Below are positions 50,086 to 58,195 of a DNA stretch of 58,195 nucleotides, piece by piece (position 1 is the stretch's first letter; each line of letters starts with the position of its first letter). The notes beneath the pieces were generated by a model. It saw only the letters and a list, made by a program, of their open reading frames with translations. It was not told the DNA's origin and searched no databases. The position numbers and the translations under genes were made by a program. Source of the stretch: a bacterium UBP8_UBA817 (GTDB lineage: Bacteria > Margulisbacteria > Marinamargulisbacteria > UBA817); contig DBHX01000046.1 of NCBI GenBank assembly GCA_002296285.1, positions 14,117 to 72,311 of the forward strand. Reading direction: 5' to 3'.

Positions 50086-51369
50086 ATGTCGTGGTTCTAT
50101 GGTGGTGTTTTATGGGTCGGTTTGATTATATTTTTACCATTAAGTATTGGAAAATTTGATCTTACGTACCAAACGGTGAAAGACTCTTACGAAAGTATTC
50201 ATCAAAAGGATGTGCGCGCACCATTGATGTCCCCAGAGATGGCTCAATTCAATGCGTCACTAAAAAACCATTGGAAAGTCTCGCCCATATTTGCAACCCT
50301 AGAAGATGTTTTTTATCCAGTCAGACAATGGCGGGAAAATCCTTTGGAAGCCATTCAACGTGATCGTGATGATCCACTGTTGCAATCACAGCTTGGCAGC
50401 ATGATCCGAAATGAAAAGGCAACAAAAGTGCGCGCCATGCGAGCCTATTTTTTTGCAAAGCGAAAAAACTTTAAAGACCAGGCCTTAAATAATGATTTTA
50501 TTAATAAAAATAATCAATGGTTATCGACATTTAATGACGTAATTGATCGCAAAGTTCAGTTAATCAATGGAACGTATAACAATGCATGGGCACTATTCAT
50601 AGTTAGCGTGTGTTTCCTTGGCGCCTTGTTTTGTTTCATCGGTTTTAAATATGCGCTTATGCTTACCTTAGGGTTAATCGTCGCGTTATTTTTTGGTAGC
50701 TTTTATAAAGCGATTGAATATGCCATTCCCTTTCATTGGTTTTTAATGTTGGGTGGATTAATCCTGGGGGGTAATGCCAAGTCTCTGGGACGGTATCCAT
50801 TACACTTTACCTATGTATCGATTATTTTATTGTTGGTTGCAACATCATCAATTATCGGATTTCTTCTTGGATGTTGTGCGATGCAATTAATCATGACGTA
50901 TCCAGCCCTTAGAAAGGCATTATATTGGCTATTTTTATTCCATCCATTGGGCGCGTGCTATGTTCTCTCCAAAGATCTTGGACGAAAAAAAAATGGGGTG
51001 ATATTTGGAATGGCAATGGCGGCCTTGATCGGGATAAATACGTTGGGGGTGCCCGTATTACTAACATCTCCAATTGCATATTTGGGGGATATTGGGGTCG
51101 CAATTAACTCTGTGTTACTGATGATGATTTCAGGGGCCTTATTGAGCGAAATTGAAGTGCCTCACTCTAAAAAAATTGGACTGGCTTCGGGGATAATTGT
51201 GATGCTATCGATTAATTTACTCTTAAAGAGCCCTCTGTTTGGTTGGGTATTTAACTTTTTTTGGAATCCAATTGTACAGTGGGGGAGTGTGATTGTTCTG
51301 TGTGCATTACTGATTCAATCCAGGCGGTCTCAAGCGATCGTCCAATCGGTAGAAAATAAATGGAAGTAA
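50086..51369 (+). CDS. Hypothetical polytopic membrane protein (427 aa)
   Basis: An N-terminal TM, a soluble region of about 140 aa, then about eight hydrophobic segments. No family recognised. Confidence 0.55.
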   Translation: MSWFYGGVLWVGLIIFLPLSIGKFDLTYQTVKDSYESIHQKDVRAPLMSPEMAQFNASLKNHWKVSPIFATLEDVFYPVRQWRENPLEAIQRDRDDPLLQSQLGSMIRNEKATKVRAMRAYFFAKRKNFKDQALNNDFINKNNQWLSTFNDVIDRKVQLINGTYNNAWALFIVSVCFLGALFCFIGFKYALMLTLGLIVALFFGSFYKAIEYAIPFHWFLMLGGLILGGNAKSLGRYPLHFTYVSIILLLVATSSIIGFLLGCCAMQLIMTYPALRKALYWLFLFHPLGACYVLSKDLGRKKNGVIFGMAMAALIGINTLGVPVLLTSPIAYLGDIGVAINSVLLMMISGALLSEIEVPHSKKIGLASGIIVMLSINLLLKSPLFGWVFNFFWNPIVQWGSVIVLCALLIQSRRSQAIVQSVENKWK

Positions 51370-52527
51370 ACTCATCATTAGAATAAAAATACCGCTATAA
51401 TAAAAAATCGATACCAAAGGAACATTCATCGCATGCATTATGGATGAAAACCCAATCGGGGCAATGGCTGTGGCGCCATTACGAATAATGGCAATCGTGC
51501 CTTTTATTTCACCAATGCAATCACTGCCATACAATAGTCCCCACAGATAGGACATGGTGGAAGCGGATGCCCCAAGTCCCAAGCCATATAGTGAATAATA
51601 GATGATCCCAAGGATGGGGGGGGCATGGATTGAGATCAGTAGGGTGGCCAAGCCCATCGAAGCCGTCAAGAAAAACAAAGGAAGGACAACCCCAAAACGA
51701 TCGATAATAGGGCCAATGAGAATGGTATTGATAAACTTAAACAGTGCATAACAAAATAGTGCAAGGGCAATATTGGTTAACGGCCATTGATTGTGGTTAA
51801 AAATATCCACTTGAAAATACAATGCGCCAGTCATCATAATTGGAGGAATTGAAGATAATGCAACATAGAATGGGAAAAATATATCTTTTAATGCATAAGC
51901 CAATGATTTAGAATCCGATGCCTTGGAGTTTTTCTTGATAGGCTGAGTATGTTGGATTCCCAGAATAGATAACGGGTAATAAAAAATCAAAATTATTCCT
52001 GAAAGAATTAAAAAAGAGGGGCGCCAACCCACAAGCTGAAGTAGATATAACAAGACCCCTGGAAAAATAAATTCAGATAATGGGTACCCCAATTGCGTAA
52101 TGCTTAAGGCCGTTCCACGATAAGTTGTAAATTTTTTGATTGTTAGCGATGTGGCAGTAAGAGTAAGTGCGCCTTGCCCAAAAAGGCGCATAAAAAATAA
52201 TGCAATAAATAGTAACAGTATTGAATTGGTTAAAGAAAATATCAGAATAGAACAAAAAAAAGCCATCGTATTTAATTGAATGGTTTTTTTGATTGGCCAT
52301 TCGTCAATCAACTTTCCAATAAGCGGAAGAAATATCGAAGCGGATAATGTGGATGATGAATATATGGCCGCAAAAGTGAGCGGTGAAATATCAATGGATG
52401 TGCAAATGGTTGGGATGGCCAGCGATATTAAAAATGTTTGGCCTGGCGCCGAAAAAAACACACCACTGACAGAAAATAAAAAAAATCTTGAGTTTGATTT
52501 TATGAGGGAAAGATAACTAGGTATCAT
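51307..52527 (-). CDS. MFS transporter (possibly a muropeptide permease, from its coupling to nagZ)
   Basis: About 12 TM segments in 406 aa. Its start overlaps the nagZ stop by 11 nt. The substrate is inferred only from context. Confidence 0.7.
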   Translation of the reverse strand: MIPSYLSLIKSNSRFFLFSVSGVFFSAPGQTFLISLAIPTICTSIDISPLTFAAIYSSSTLSASIFLPLIGKLIDEWPIKKTIQLNTMAFFCSILIFSLTNSILLLFIALFFMRLFGQGALTLTATSLTIKKFTTYRGTALSITQLGYPLSEFIFPGVLLYLLQLVGWRPSFLILSGIILIFYYPLSILGIQHTQPIKKNSKASDSKSLAYALKDIFFPFYVALSSIPPIMMTGALYFQVDIFNHNQWPLTNIALALFCYALFKFINTILIGPIIDRFGVVLPLFFLTASMGLATLLISIHAPPILGIIYYSLYGLGLGASASTMSYLWGLLYGSDCIGEIKGTIAIIRNGATAIAPIGFSSIMHAMNVPLVSIFYYSGIFILMMSLLPFIFYRLDDRLRPPGLNQ

Positions 52528-53569
52528 TTAATGATAGGGCATCAATGATCCGTTTACTGGATGTTTCTATATGCTTTGTTAGTTGGTCATCCTGTTTGGC
52601 TCGTTGTTTAATACCCATAGAAATTCTATTTATTTCGTCAAATGTTAAATATTCAAAAAGGAGCAGGTGATTGCCAGCCTGAGCAGCAATGGTTGCTATT
52701 TTTACTTTATTTTTAGACACAGTATATAGGGCGCCCATATTTAAATCATCTGTAATGATTAACCCATCATAGCTCAAATCATGGGTGAGTTTTTTAATGT
52801 GTTTTTTTGATAAACTCGCGGGGTATTTTGGATCGACCTGGTTGTTCATTAAGTGCCCGATCATGACCATATTAAATTTTGAGTTTGGATCCACCACTTT
52901 AAAGTATGGCATAAAGTCATATTCAGAATGACTGTTTGTAATGTCTGGTAGATCATAATGAGAATCTACGGGTGTTGAGCCATGCCCTGGGAAATGTTTG
53001 AGAGCAAAAAATAACTGATGATGTTTATGGGCATCAAATAATACGGAAGTACAAGAAGTTATGCGTTCTTGAGAGTCAGAAAAACAACGTTTATATTTGC
53101 AAATACTCGATGGGTAAATCAATGGCGCCACATCAACAACGCCCCCCAAATTTACATTAATTCCCATTTCTTTGAGTGTTTTTGAAATTTGTCCGGCAAA
53201 TTTTTCTTGTTTTTCTTTGGATAATTTGCAAAATAACTCAGGCGAAGGTGTTTTGAGATTGAATGAGGGGTGAGTGAGTCGATTGACAATGCCCCCTTCA
53301 TGATCGATAGCAACAAAAATTGGGGTATCTTGGCTTAAGTATTGGATTAATGTTGTTAATTGAGATTTATTTTCTACATTCCGCTTAAAAACAATGACAC
53401 CACCAATGGCTTTTCGATCAATGAGCTTTTTTAATTTTATAATTTTGGGGTCTTTGATTGATGTTCCTTTAAAGCCTGTAATAATCATCTGACCTGGATC
53501 CGCTTGTTGTGATAGCACCAATGGTGAAAAAATTATTGCAATAAGTATTGTAAAAACAAGATTCTTCAT
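52517..53569 (-). CDS. nagZ: Glycoside hydrolase family 3 beta-N-acetylhexosaminidase (NagZ-like) with an N-terminal signal peptide
   Basis: The KHFPGHG block, AIDHEGG and the IITDDLNMGA catalytic Asp region. The N-terminus MKNLVFTILIAIIFSPLVLS looks like a signal peptide. Confidence 0.85.
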   Translation of the reverse strand: MKNLVFTILIAIIFSPLVLSQQADPGQMIITGFKGTSIKDPKIIKLKKLIDRKAIGGVIVFKRNVENKSQLTTLIQYLSQDTPIFVAIDHEGGIVNRLTHPSFNLKTPSPELFCKLSKEKQEKFAGQISKTLKEMGINVNLGGVVDVAPLIYPSSICKYKRCFSDSQERITSCTSVLFDAHKHHQLFFALKHFPGHGSTPVDSHYDLPDITNSHSEYDFMPYFKVVDPNSKFNMVMIGHLMNNQVDPKYPASLSKKHIKKLTHDLSYDGLIITDDLNMGALYTVSKNKVKIATIAAQAGNHLLLFEYLTFDEINRISMGIKQRAKQDDQLTKHIETSSKRIIDALSLNDT

Positions 53570-53606
53570 ATTATATTTATTTTACTTTAAACCAAAGGAG
53601 GTTATT

Positions 53607-54023
53607 TTGTCACTTCAAAAAGGCTTTGGTCCACATGTGATGTTGGATTTAAATCAATGCAATTCAGAATTGTTGCAATCCGTTGACGTATGCTTCAAGT
53701 TATTGGACGAATTGCCCAATCACATTGGAATGACAAAAATAACGATGCCCCATGTGTTTCCGTACAAAGGATTGGTTCCTGAGGATGAAGGTGTGACAGG
53801 GACCGTGATTATTGCCGAAAGCCATTTATCTGTTCACACATTTCCAATTAAAAATTATGCCTTTATTGATATCTTTTCATGCAAACCATTTCAAACACAA
53901 TTTGCCATTGATTACTGTGTCAATCTGTTTGAGTCAAAGGATCCAGATATTCACATTACCTACCGTGGAAAAGACTTTCCAGTTGGAAATCTCACCAAAC
54001 ACGTATTAAAAATCCGTGCTTAA
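53607..54023 (+). CDS. speD: S-adenosylmethionine decarboxylase proenzyme (small, class 1 pyruvoyl type)
   Basis: The self-cleavage and active-site block IIAESHLSVHTFP. 138 aa. The TTG start is supported by AAGGAGG 6 nt upstream. Confidence 0.85.
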   Translation: MSLQKGFGPHVMLDLNQCNSELLQSVDVCFKLLDELPNHIGMTKITMPHVFPYKGLVPEDEGVTGTVIIAESHLSVHTFPIKNYAFIDIFSCKPFQTQFAIDYCVNLFESKDPDIHITYRGKDFPVGNLTKHVLKIRA

Positions 54024-57000
54024 CCAGTGCGATTTAATACTTGGTTTTTCTTCAAAATCAATGGTGATGCGAATGTTCTTTGTTACCCCATCAATGGTAA
54101 TATCTCTTGCGCCAAGCGCATCCGGAGTTTCAGGTAGATTTCGAAGTTCCATGATTTGAGACCATGTTCCAGCCGGATCTTCGGCTTCAACGGTGGCTTC
54201 CTTAATGTAATACCCTGCATTGGGTTGTACCGTAATGGTGGGGGTGTCCCACATTCGAAATGCAACATACCCATCATTGAGCGTAGATGAACTCATGTAT
54301 TTGATTTTATTGGGTTTAAGTTGCGTGTAATCACCATTTATAGAAAATCGATTTGAGTTATTTTTTGTTCCATCAGATGTAACCATGATCGAGGTGACCC
54401 CATCATTATTGTAGGGGGCAACCAAACCAGCCATCCACATCGTCACATGACCAACATCTGCGCCGGTATCCAAAAACTTAACCTCAATATTTTTGTATTC
54501 ACTTAAAATAAAGTAAATATTGGTATCAGCAACCACCGGACGGGTTGAGAAGAAATCGGGCGCTTGAAGTGCACCAAATAAATAGGTGCTTAACTTTGCA
54601 AAATAGTCCCCCAACCGCGATGTTATTTCTGTGGGGCCACCGTCTAGTTTTCGTTCTTCTAAAATATCCGAAATATAATAGGTTAGACGACCGTCCCCTG
54701 TAATATTAACGTTTGTATTTTTGATTTCACTATTGGTGGCCTTGACCATTTCAGTTCCATTTCCTTGGGTATTCATCGCATTATTAATAATTTCTGATGC
54801 GATTGCATCGCCATCAATAAATCCGGAGAGTTTTGATGTGGACTTAGTAATGATTGTTCCAGAGGCATTGGCACTGCTTGTTGAAGCATAATAGTAGAGT
54901 GCAAAGGGGATGAAATCAATATAGAGTTCAATGTTTTGCCCAACAGCTGGTAAGGTTAGTTTATATTCTTCAGGATTACTTAGTTTTTCAAGTGTTAGGC
55001 TTCTAATCTGGTCAGACAATGTGTTTGTGGGGCTTGTCACAGTTGTGTTGCTACTTGGAAGTGGCTGAATATCCACATTCCCAGGATCCGGGGAGATATC
55101 TTCTTTGGCTTGTGCTGTTGTTGATGCATTCGAGAATAGTTGAATCGGGGTAATTAATCCCTGGCTCGTCATTTGAATGTAAAGTCGCTCAAGTTTTTTA
55201 TGTATTTTAAATTCAACGGATGCACATGTGTTCGAAGCAGCGGGTGATTGTGGTTGAACACTGTACAAGGGGAAAGTATCACTAAAAATGAGGTCTTTTG
55301 TGCAATCACCATCGATTCTATCTTCAATGGTTTGAACACGATTTGGAGTAACACGAGACCCCAAGTTACTCCCAATCACACTTTTTAATTCAATGGTTGG
55401 GAATTTTTTAAATGTAATATTGACTTCAGCAACTTCTTGAGAGTTTGCATACGTTAATAACTCGGCATCTGTTGGGTCTAAAGGTTGAGGCTTAATCTTT
55501 GCATAAACATAGAATGGGTTAAGTCCGTATTTTATGTGGGTTATATTGCTACTTGTCAATCGTTCATACACCATTGAATTTGATCCAGACATAATATCTC
55601 TCACATAAATATCTGCATTCACAGATGTGATGTCGTGAAAGTAATAAAAATCCTCTTTTTTAGGAGCAATATTGACTTGTTGATAGCTATTTATGAAGCC
55701 ACATGTGGTGATTTCATTCGGGGCCGATCCAAATCTATTTTGTTCAATGGCTAATCGATTATTTTCATTTAGATTCCAACCATTGCTCAAGACATGCCCT
55801 TGAGATATGGTTCCGTAGGCACCCAAGTCCTGGCTTTTTACATAAAAGTTTGGGGAAAATGTTTGTACAACAAAGTCATAATTTAATCCTTGAAATGCAC
55901 CGGGTTGTACCGTTGCCCCTAATGGTAAGAATTCAGTGGGTGCGGTGCCACCAATCACATCAAATGGCGTGGGGGGTGTTGTACTGGTTTCAGCAGGGGT
56001 TGCATTATCATAATAGGTTTTAACTCCCGCGACCGTTTTCCATTGGGTATAAGTGGCACGGTAAATACAGTCTTCAGATCGACCCTGCCCTATTGTAATG
56101 ATGGATGTGTCAAATTCCCCTAAATTGGGAACATCTGAATTTAATGTCTTGGGTGTTTGATCCCAACTCATGACACTGGCGACATGATCACTTGCCGTGG
56201 TGCTTCCAGTGGTATTGGTTGACGTTATTAGTGAGGGCTTCCAAATGTCCGCATCGATATTGTAGCCGTTTTCTGCAAAAAGAACACGGATCTGGTATTC
56301 ATAGTTACTGACTGAATACACATCCAAATAGGTGCCATCCGCGCCTGCAAGCACATCATTATACCATAAATCCCCGCCGTTATAATCTGCCATTAACCCA
56401 ATAACCACGGGCTGTTCTCGACGAAGATAGGTGTCAGTGAGTGTGTAATCACTATTCATTTTTGGCATTGGCGAGATGATTTGACCATTGGATGTAAACG
56501 TTCTGGCTTGAGCTTTATGTGCATTCACGTCACTGGTGGCAGCGCCTTTTAGTGCGTCGATTGTTTTTTTTATATGTTTTTTATCGGATGGGTCGGAGTC
56601 TTCAAAATTGTTAACGGTGTACCAAACCTTATTCCATAGATTTGTATCCACTTTATCACCATAGCTTCCAAAATGAAAACAACCTCGGCACTCTTTTCCT
56701 CTAAAGTTTGAGTTTTCAGATAATGAGTAGGCTGGCATGTACTGGTCATAATATATGGTGCCACGCTGGGTGTCAGGAATTTGAGTTACAGTTTTTGATG
56801 AAGCGTTGGGTTTTCGGTTTGAGCTATGGCACCAGTTGCTGCCATCATAATTAATCCATCCTTGTTGATAATCCCCTGAACGGCAAACATTGTGTGTGAA
56901 GTCATTGTCAAAATCCAATTGGCAAGATGTATTCGTACATTTGGGATTATTATTAGGTGATTTAAATTCAATGAAATTTCCAGATCGATCTCCAATATTT

Positions 57001-57635
57001 GCAATTTCAATTTTTTGAATAAAGTGACCGGTATATGGAACGGCAATTAAAAATAGACCAAACCCACCCCGTGAAGTTCTTATTATGTGTTCCTTGAATT
57101 TAGACCCTTCATCACTCGATAGCTCTGCATTCAGTTTAAATCCCATGTAAAAGTTATCTTGACTCGACGTGCCAGCCACTGGCTCAAAAACATCGGTATG
57201 CCCAATTTTAGCCAAATTTGTGATTTTTGTTTTATGAACGGCCATTCTAGCTTCCCATTCATCATCGCCTTCCCAAGCATATTTATACCAACAATTTCGA
57301 TTGGTTAATGTCAATTCACAATAGAAGCTACCTTCTTCCATTTCTTCGACCGCCTTATTATTGCTGTTTGAAATTTCAGACCAATTATCTTCTTCACCCC
57401 AACCTCTACCTTCATCATTTACGCCAAGGGTCGTTAAATATACAATGCCAGAGGTCTGCCCACCATCAGTGCCTGTAACATCATAAGATCCCTTGATGGT
57501 TAGTTGAAAGAAAGAGGCCGTTTGAATGAGGCTGGTTAGAAAGAAAATGAATATAAATGCAGTGATTAAGATCTTAACCAATGATGCAATGGATTTCATA
57601 ATATTTAGTTTATCAGTATTGAATTTATAAGACAT
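54006..57635 (-). CDS. Very large (1209 aa) N-terminally anchored or secreted protein, no recognised domains
   Basis: Uninterrupted 3.6-kb ORF with an N-terminal hydrophobic segment IASLVKILITAFIFIFFLTSLI. The composition is rich in T, S, N, G and Y, and there are several clustered Cys residues. It ends in ..WLSTDF. Confidence 0.75.
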   Translation of the reverse strand: MSYKFNTDKLNIMKSIASLVKILITAFIFIFFLTSLIQTASFFQLTIKGSYDVTGTDGGQTSGIVYLTTLGVNDEGRGWGEEDNWSEISNSNNKAVEEMEEGSFYCELTLTNRNCWYKYAWEGDDEWEARMAVHKTKITNLAKIGHTDVFEPVAGTSSQDNFYMGFKLNAELSSDEGSKFKEHIIRTSRGGFGLFLIAVPYTGHFIQKIEIANIGDRSGNFIEFKSPNNNPKCTNTSCQLDFDNDFTHNVCRSGDYQQGWINYDGSNWCHSSNRKPNASSKTVTQIPDTQRGTIYYDQYMPAYSLSENSNFRGKECRGCFHFGSYGDKVDTNLWNKVWYTVNNFEDSDPSDKKHIKKTIDALKGAATSDVNAHKAQARTFTSNGQIISPMPKMNSDYTLTDTYLRREQPVVIGLMADYNGGDLWYNDVLAGADGTYLDVYSVSNYEYQIRVLFAENGYNIDADIWKPSLITSTNTTGSTTASDHVASVMSWDQTPKTLNSDVPNLGEFDTSIITIGQGRSEDCIYRATYTQWKTVAGVKTYYDNATPAETSTTPPTPFDVIGGTAPTEFLPLGATVQPGAFQGLNYDFVVQTFSPNFYVKSQDLGAYGTISQGHVLSNGWNLNENNRLAIEQNRFGSAPNEITTCGFINSYQQVNIAPKKEDFYYFHDITSVNADIYVRDIMSGSNSMVYERLTSSNITHIKYGLNPFYVYAKIKPQPLDPTDAELLTYANSQEVAEVNITFKKFPTIELKSVIGSNLGSRVTPNRVQTIEDRIDGDCTKDLIFSDTFPLYSVQPQSPAASNTCASVEFKIHKKLERLYIQMTSQGLITPIQLFSNASTTAQAKEDISPDPGNVDIQPLPSSNTTVTSPTNTLSDQIRSLTLEKLSNPEEYKLTLPAVGQNIELYIDFIPFALYYYASTSSANASGTIITKSTSKLSGFIDGDAIASEIINNAMNTQGNGTEMVKATNSEIKNTNVNITGDGRLTYYISDILEERKLDGGPTEITSRLGDYFAKLSTYLFGALQAPDFFSTRPVVADTNIYFILSEYKNIEVKFLDTGADVGHVTMWMAGLVAPYNNDGVTSIMVTSDGTKNNSNRFSINGDYTQLKPNKIKYMSSSTLNDGYVAFRMWDTPTITVQPNAGYYIKEATVEAEDPAGTWSQIMELRNLPETPDALGARDITIDGVTKNIRITIDFEEKPSIKSHWLSTDF

Positions 57636-57656
57636 AATACTTTATTCTCTTAACAT

Positions 57657-58195
57657 ATGGCCGGTTTATATTTTCAAGAAAAAGGATATCAATATTTTCG
57701 CACCATTTTAGGCACTGCAAACAAATGGGGTTTGCATGATTATGAAAAAGTTGTGCATGCTGGCCAGGCAATAATTACACGGTTTAAAATCCCTTCACTA
57801 TACAAGAATTATTCCCGTTATTTGAGTTCGTTAAACATTAAAAGGTCGGTATTTTCACTGCAATTCGACTCGCCAATAACGTTCGCTGCATTTGAATCTC
57901 ATTTTGATTCATTAGAGTTTTGGTTAAATTTAGGGTGTGGTGGGGGATGCATTAAAACCATAAAATACAATGCGTACAATGGGAATCCTCGGCCAAGAAT
58001 GCAGAATATATCAATCAATGGCACAGAACATTTAATCAATGCCTTAGGACTCCCAGGTCCTGGGGTAAATGCGTTAATTGAAAAGGTTAAAAAAAGCCGT
58101 CTCCCAAGTCGAAAGTGTCCCATTGGATTTAGTATTGGTGGGCAGTCGTTACCTGAATACCAACAAGTAGTGGAAACACTAATTCCGTATATCAC
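57657..58195 (+). CDS. pyrD: Dihydroorotate dehydrogenase-like protein, N-terminal part (3' end outside the window)
   Basis: My own translation from ATG 57657 gives ..FDSPITFAAF..GCGGGCIKTIKYNAYNGNPRPRM..INALGLPGPGVNALIEKVKK..IGFSIGG. This lines up with the E. coli PyrD blocks F(K)NPLGLAAG, GTVTPRPQPGNDKPRLF and [20 protein letters not shown]. It is missing from the ORF track because no stop is reached. Confidence 0.75.
   Translation, partial: MAGLYFQEKGYQYFRTILGTANKWGLHDYEKVVHAGQAIITRFKIPSLYKNYSRYLSSLNIKRSVFSLQFDSPITFAAFESHFDSLEFWLNLGCGGGCIKTIKYNAYNGNPRPRMQNISINGTEHLINALGLPGPGVNALIEKVKKSRLPSRKCPIGFSIGGQSLPEYQQVVETLIPYI

Noticed and set aside
57899-58195. 98-aa minus-strand ORF at the right edge
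   Set aside because: It is antisense to the plus-strand dihydroorotate-dehydrogenase-like reading frame, which has clear family motifs. The minus-strand product has none.

Overview
This is a 58.2-kb chromosomal segment from an AT-rich bacterium (roughly 35-40% GC by eye) with a two-membrane envelope. That envelope type is inferred from the Mla lipid-transport genes, beta-barrel outer-membrane proteins and lipoproteins. Coding density is very high, with about 58 protein genes, many 1-4 nt stop/start overlaps and several overlapping convergent gene ends. I recognised no rRNA, tRNA, CRISPR array, transposase, integrase or prophage genes.

Most of the content is housekeeping: pheS (partial)-pheT, mutS, prfC, rpiB, a 2-Cys peroxiredoxin plus Fe/Mn SOD, bioB, thiC, aroE, rplY, mlaEFD, pyrF, fbp, an RluA-type pseudouridine synthase, gloA, topB, motAB, nagZ and speD. 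rpoD is a short 364-aa form of the Firmicute/cyanobacterial type. A partial pyrD-like gene at the 3' edge is absent from the supplied ORF track.

The points that stand out are:
1. An ankyrin-repeat plus U-box gene resembling a eukaryotic E3 ubiquitin ligase, interrupted by one frameshift and one in-frame stop (46009-47345).
2. A 164-codon in-frame relic of metE that joins the extreme N- and C-termini of the enzyme (38062-38556).
3. A 1-1.3 kb tract almost free of ORFs, carrying GC-rich hairpins that I cannot assign to any RNA family (39480-40838).
4. An mlaEFD operon whose MlaD carries a long helical region plus a beta-rich C-terminal extension.
5. A lipid-modification operon with DUF1365 and a CFA-synthase-like methyltransferase fused into one protein, divergent from oxidative-stress genes.
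6. A 1209-aa orphan membrane-anchored or secreted protein, and a block of orphan secreted and hypothetical genes.

I found no recognisable multi-gene defence or secretion system. All family assignments come from motif recognition by eye and need HMM or BLAST confirmation.
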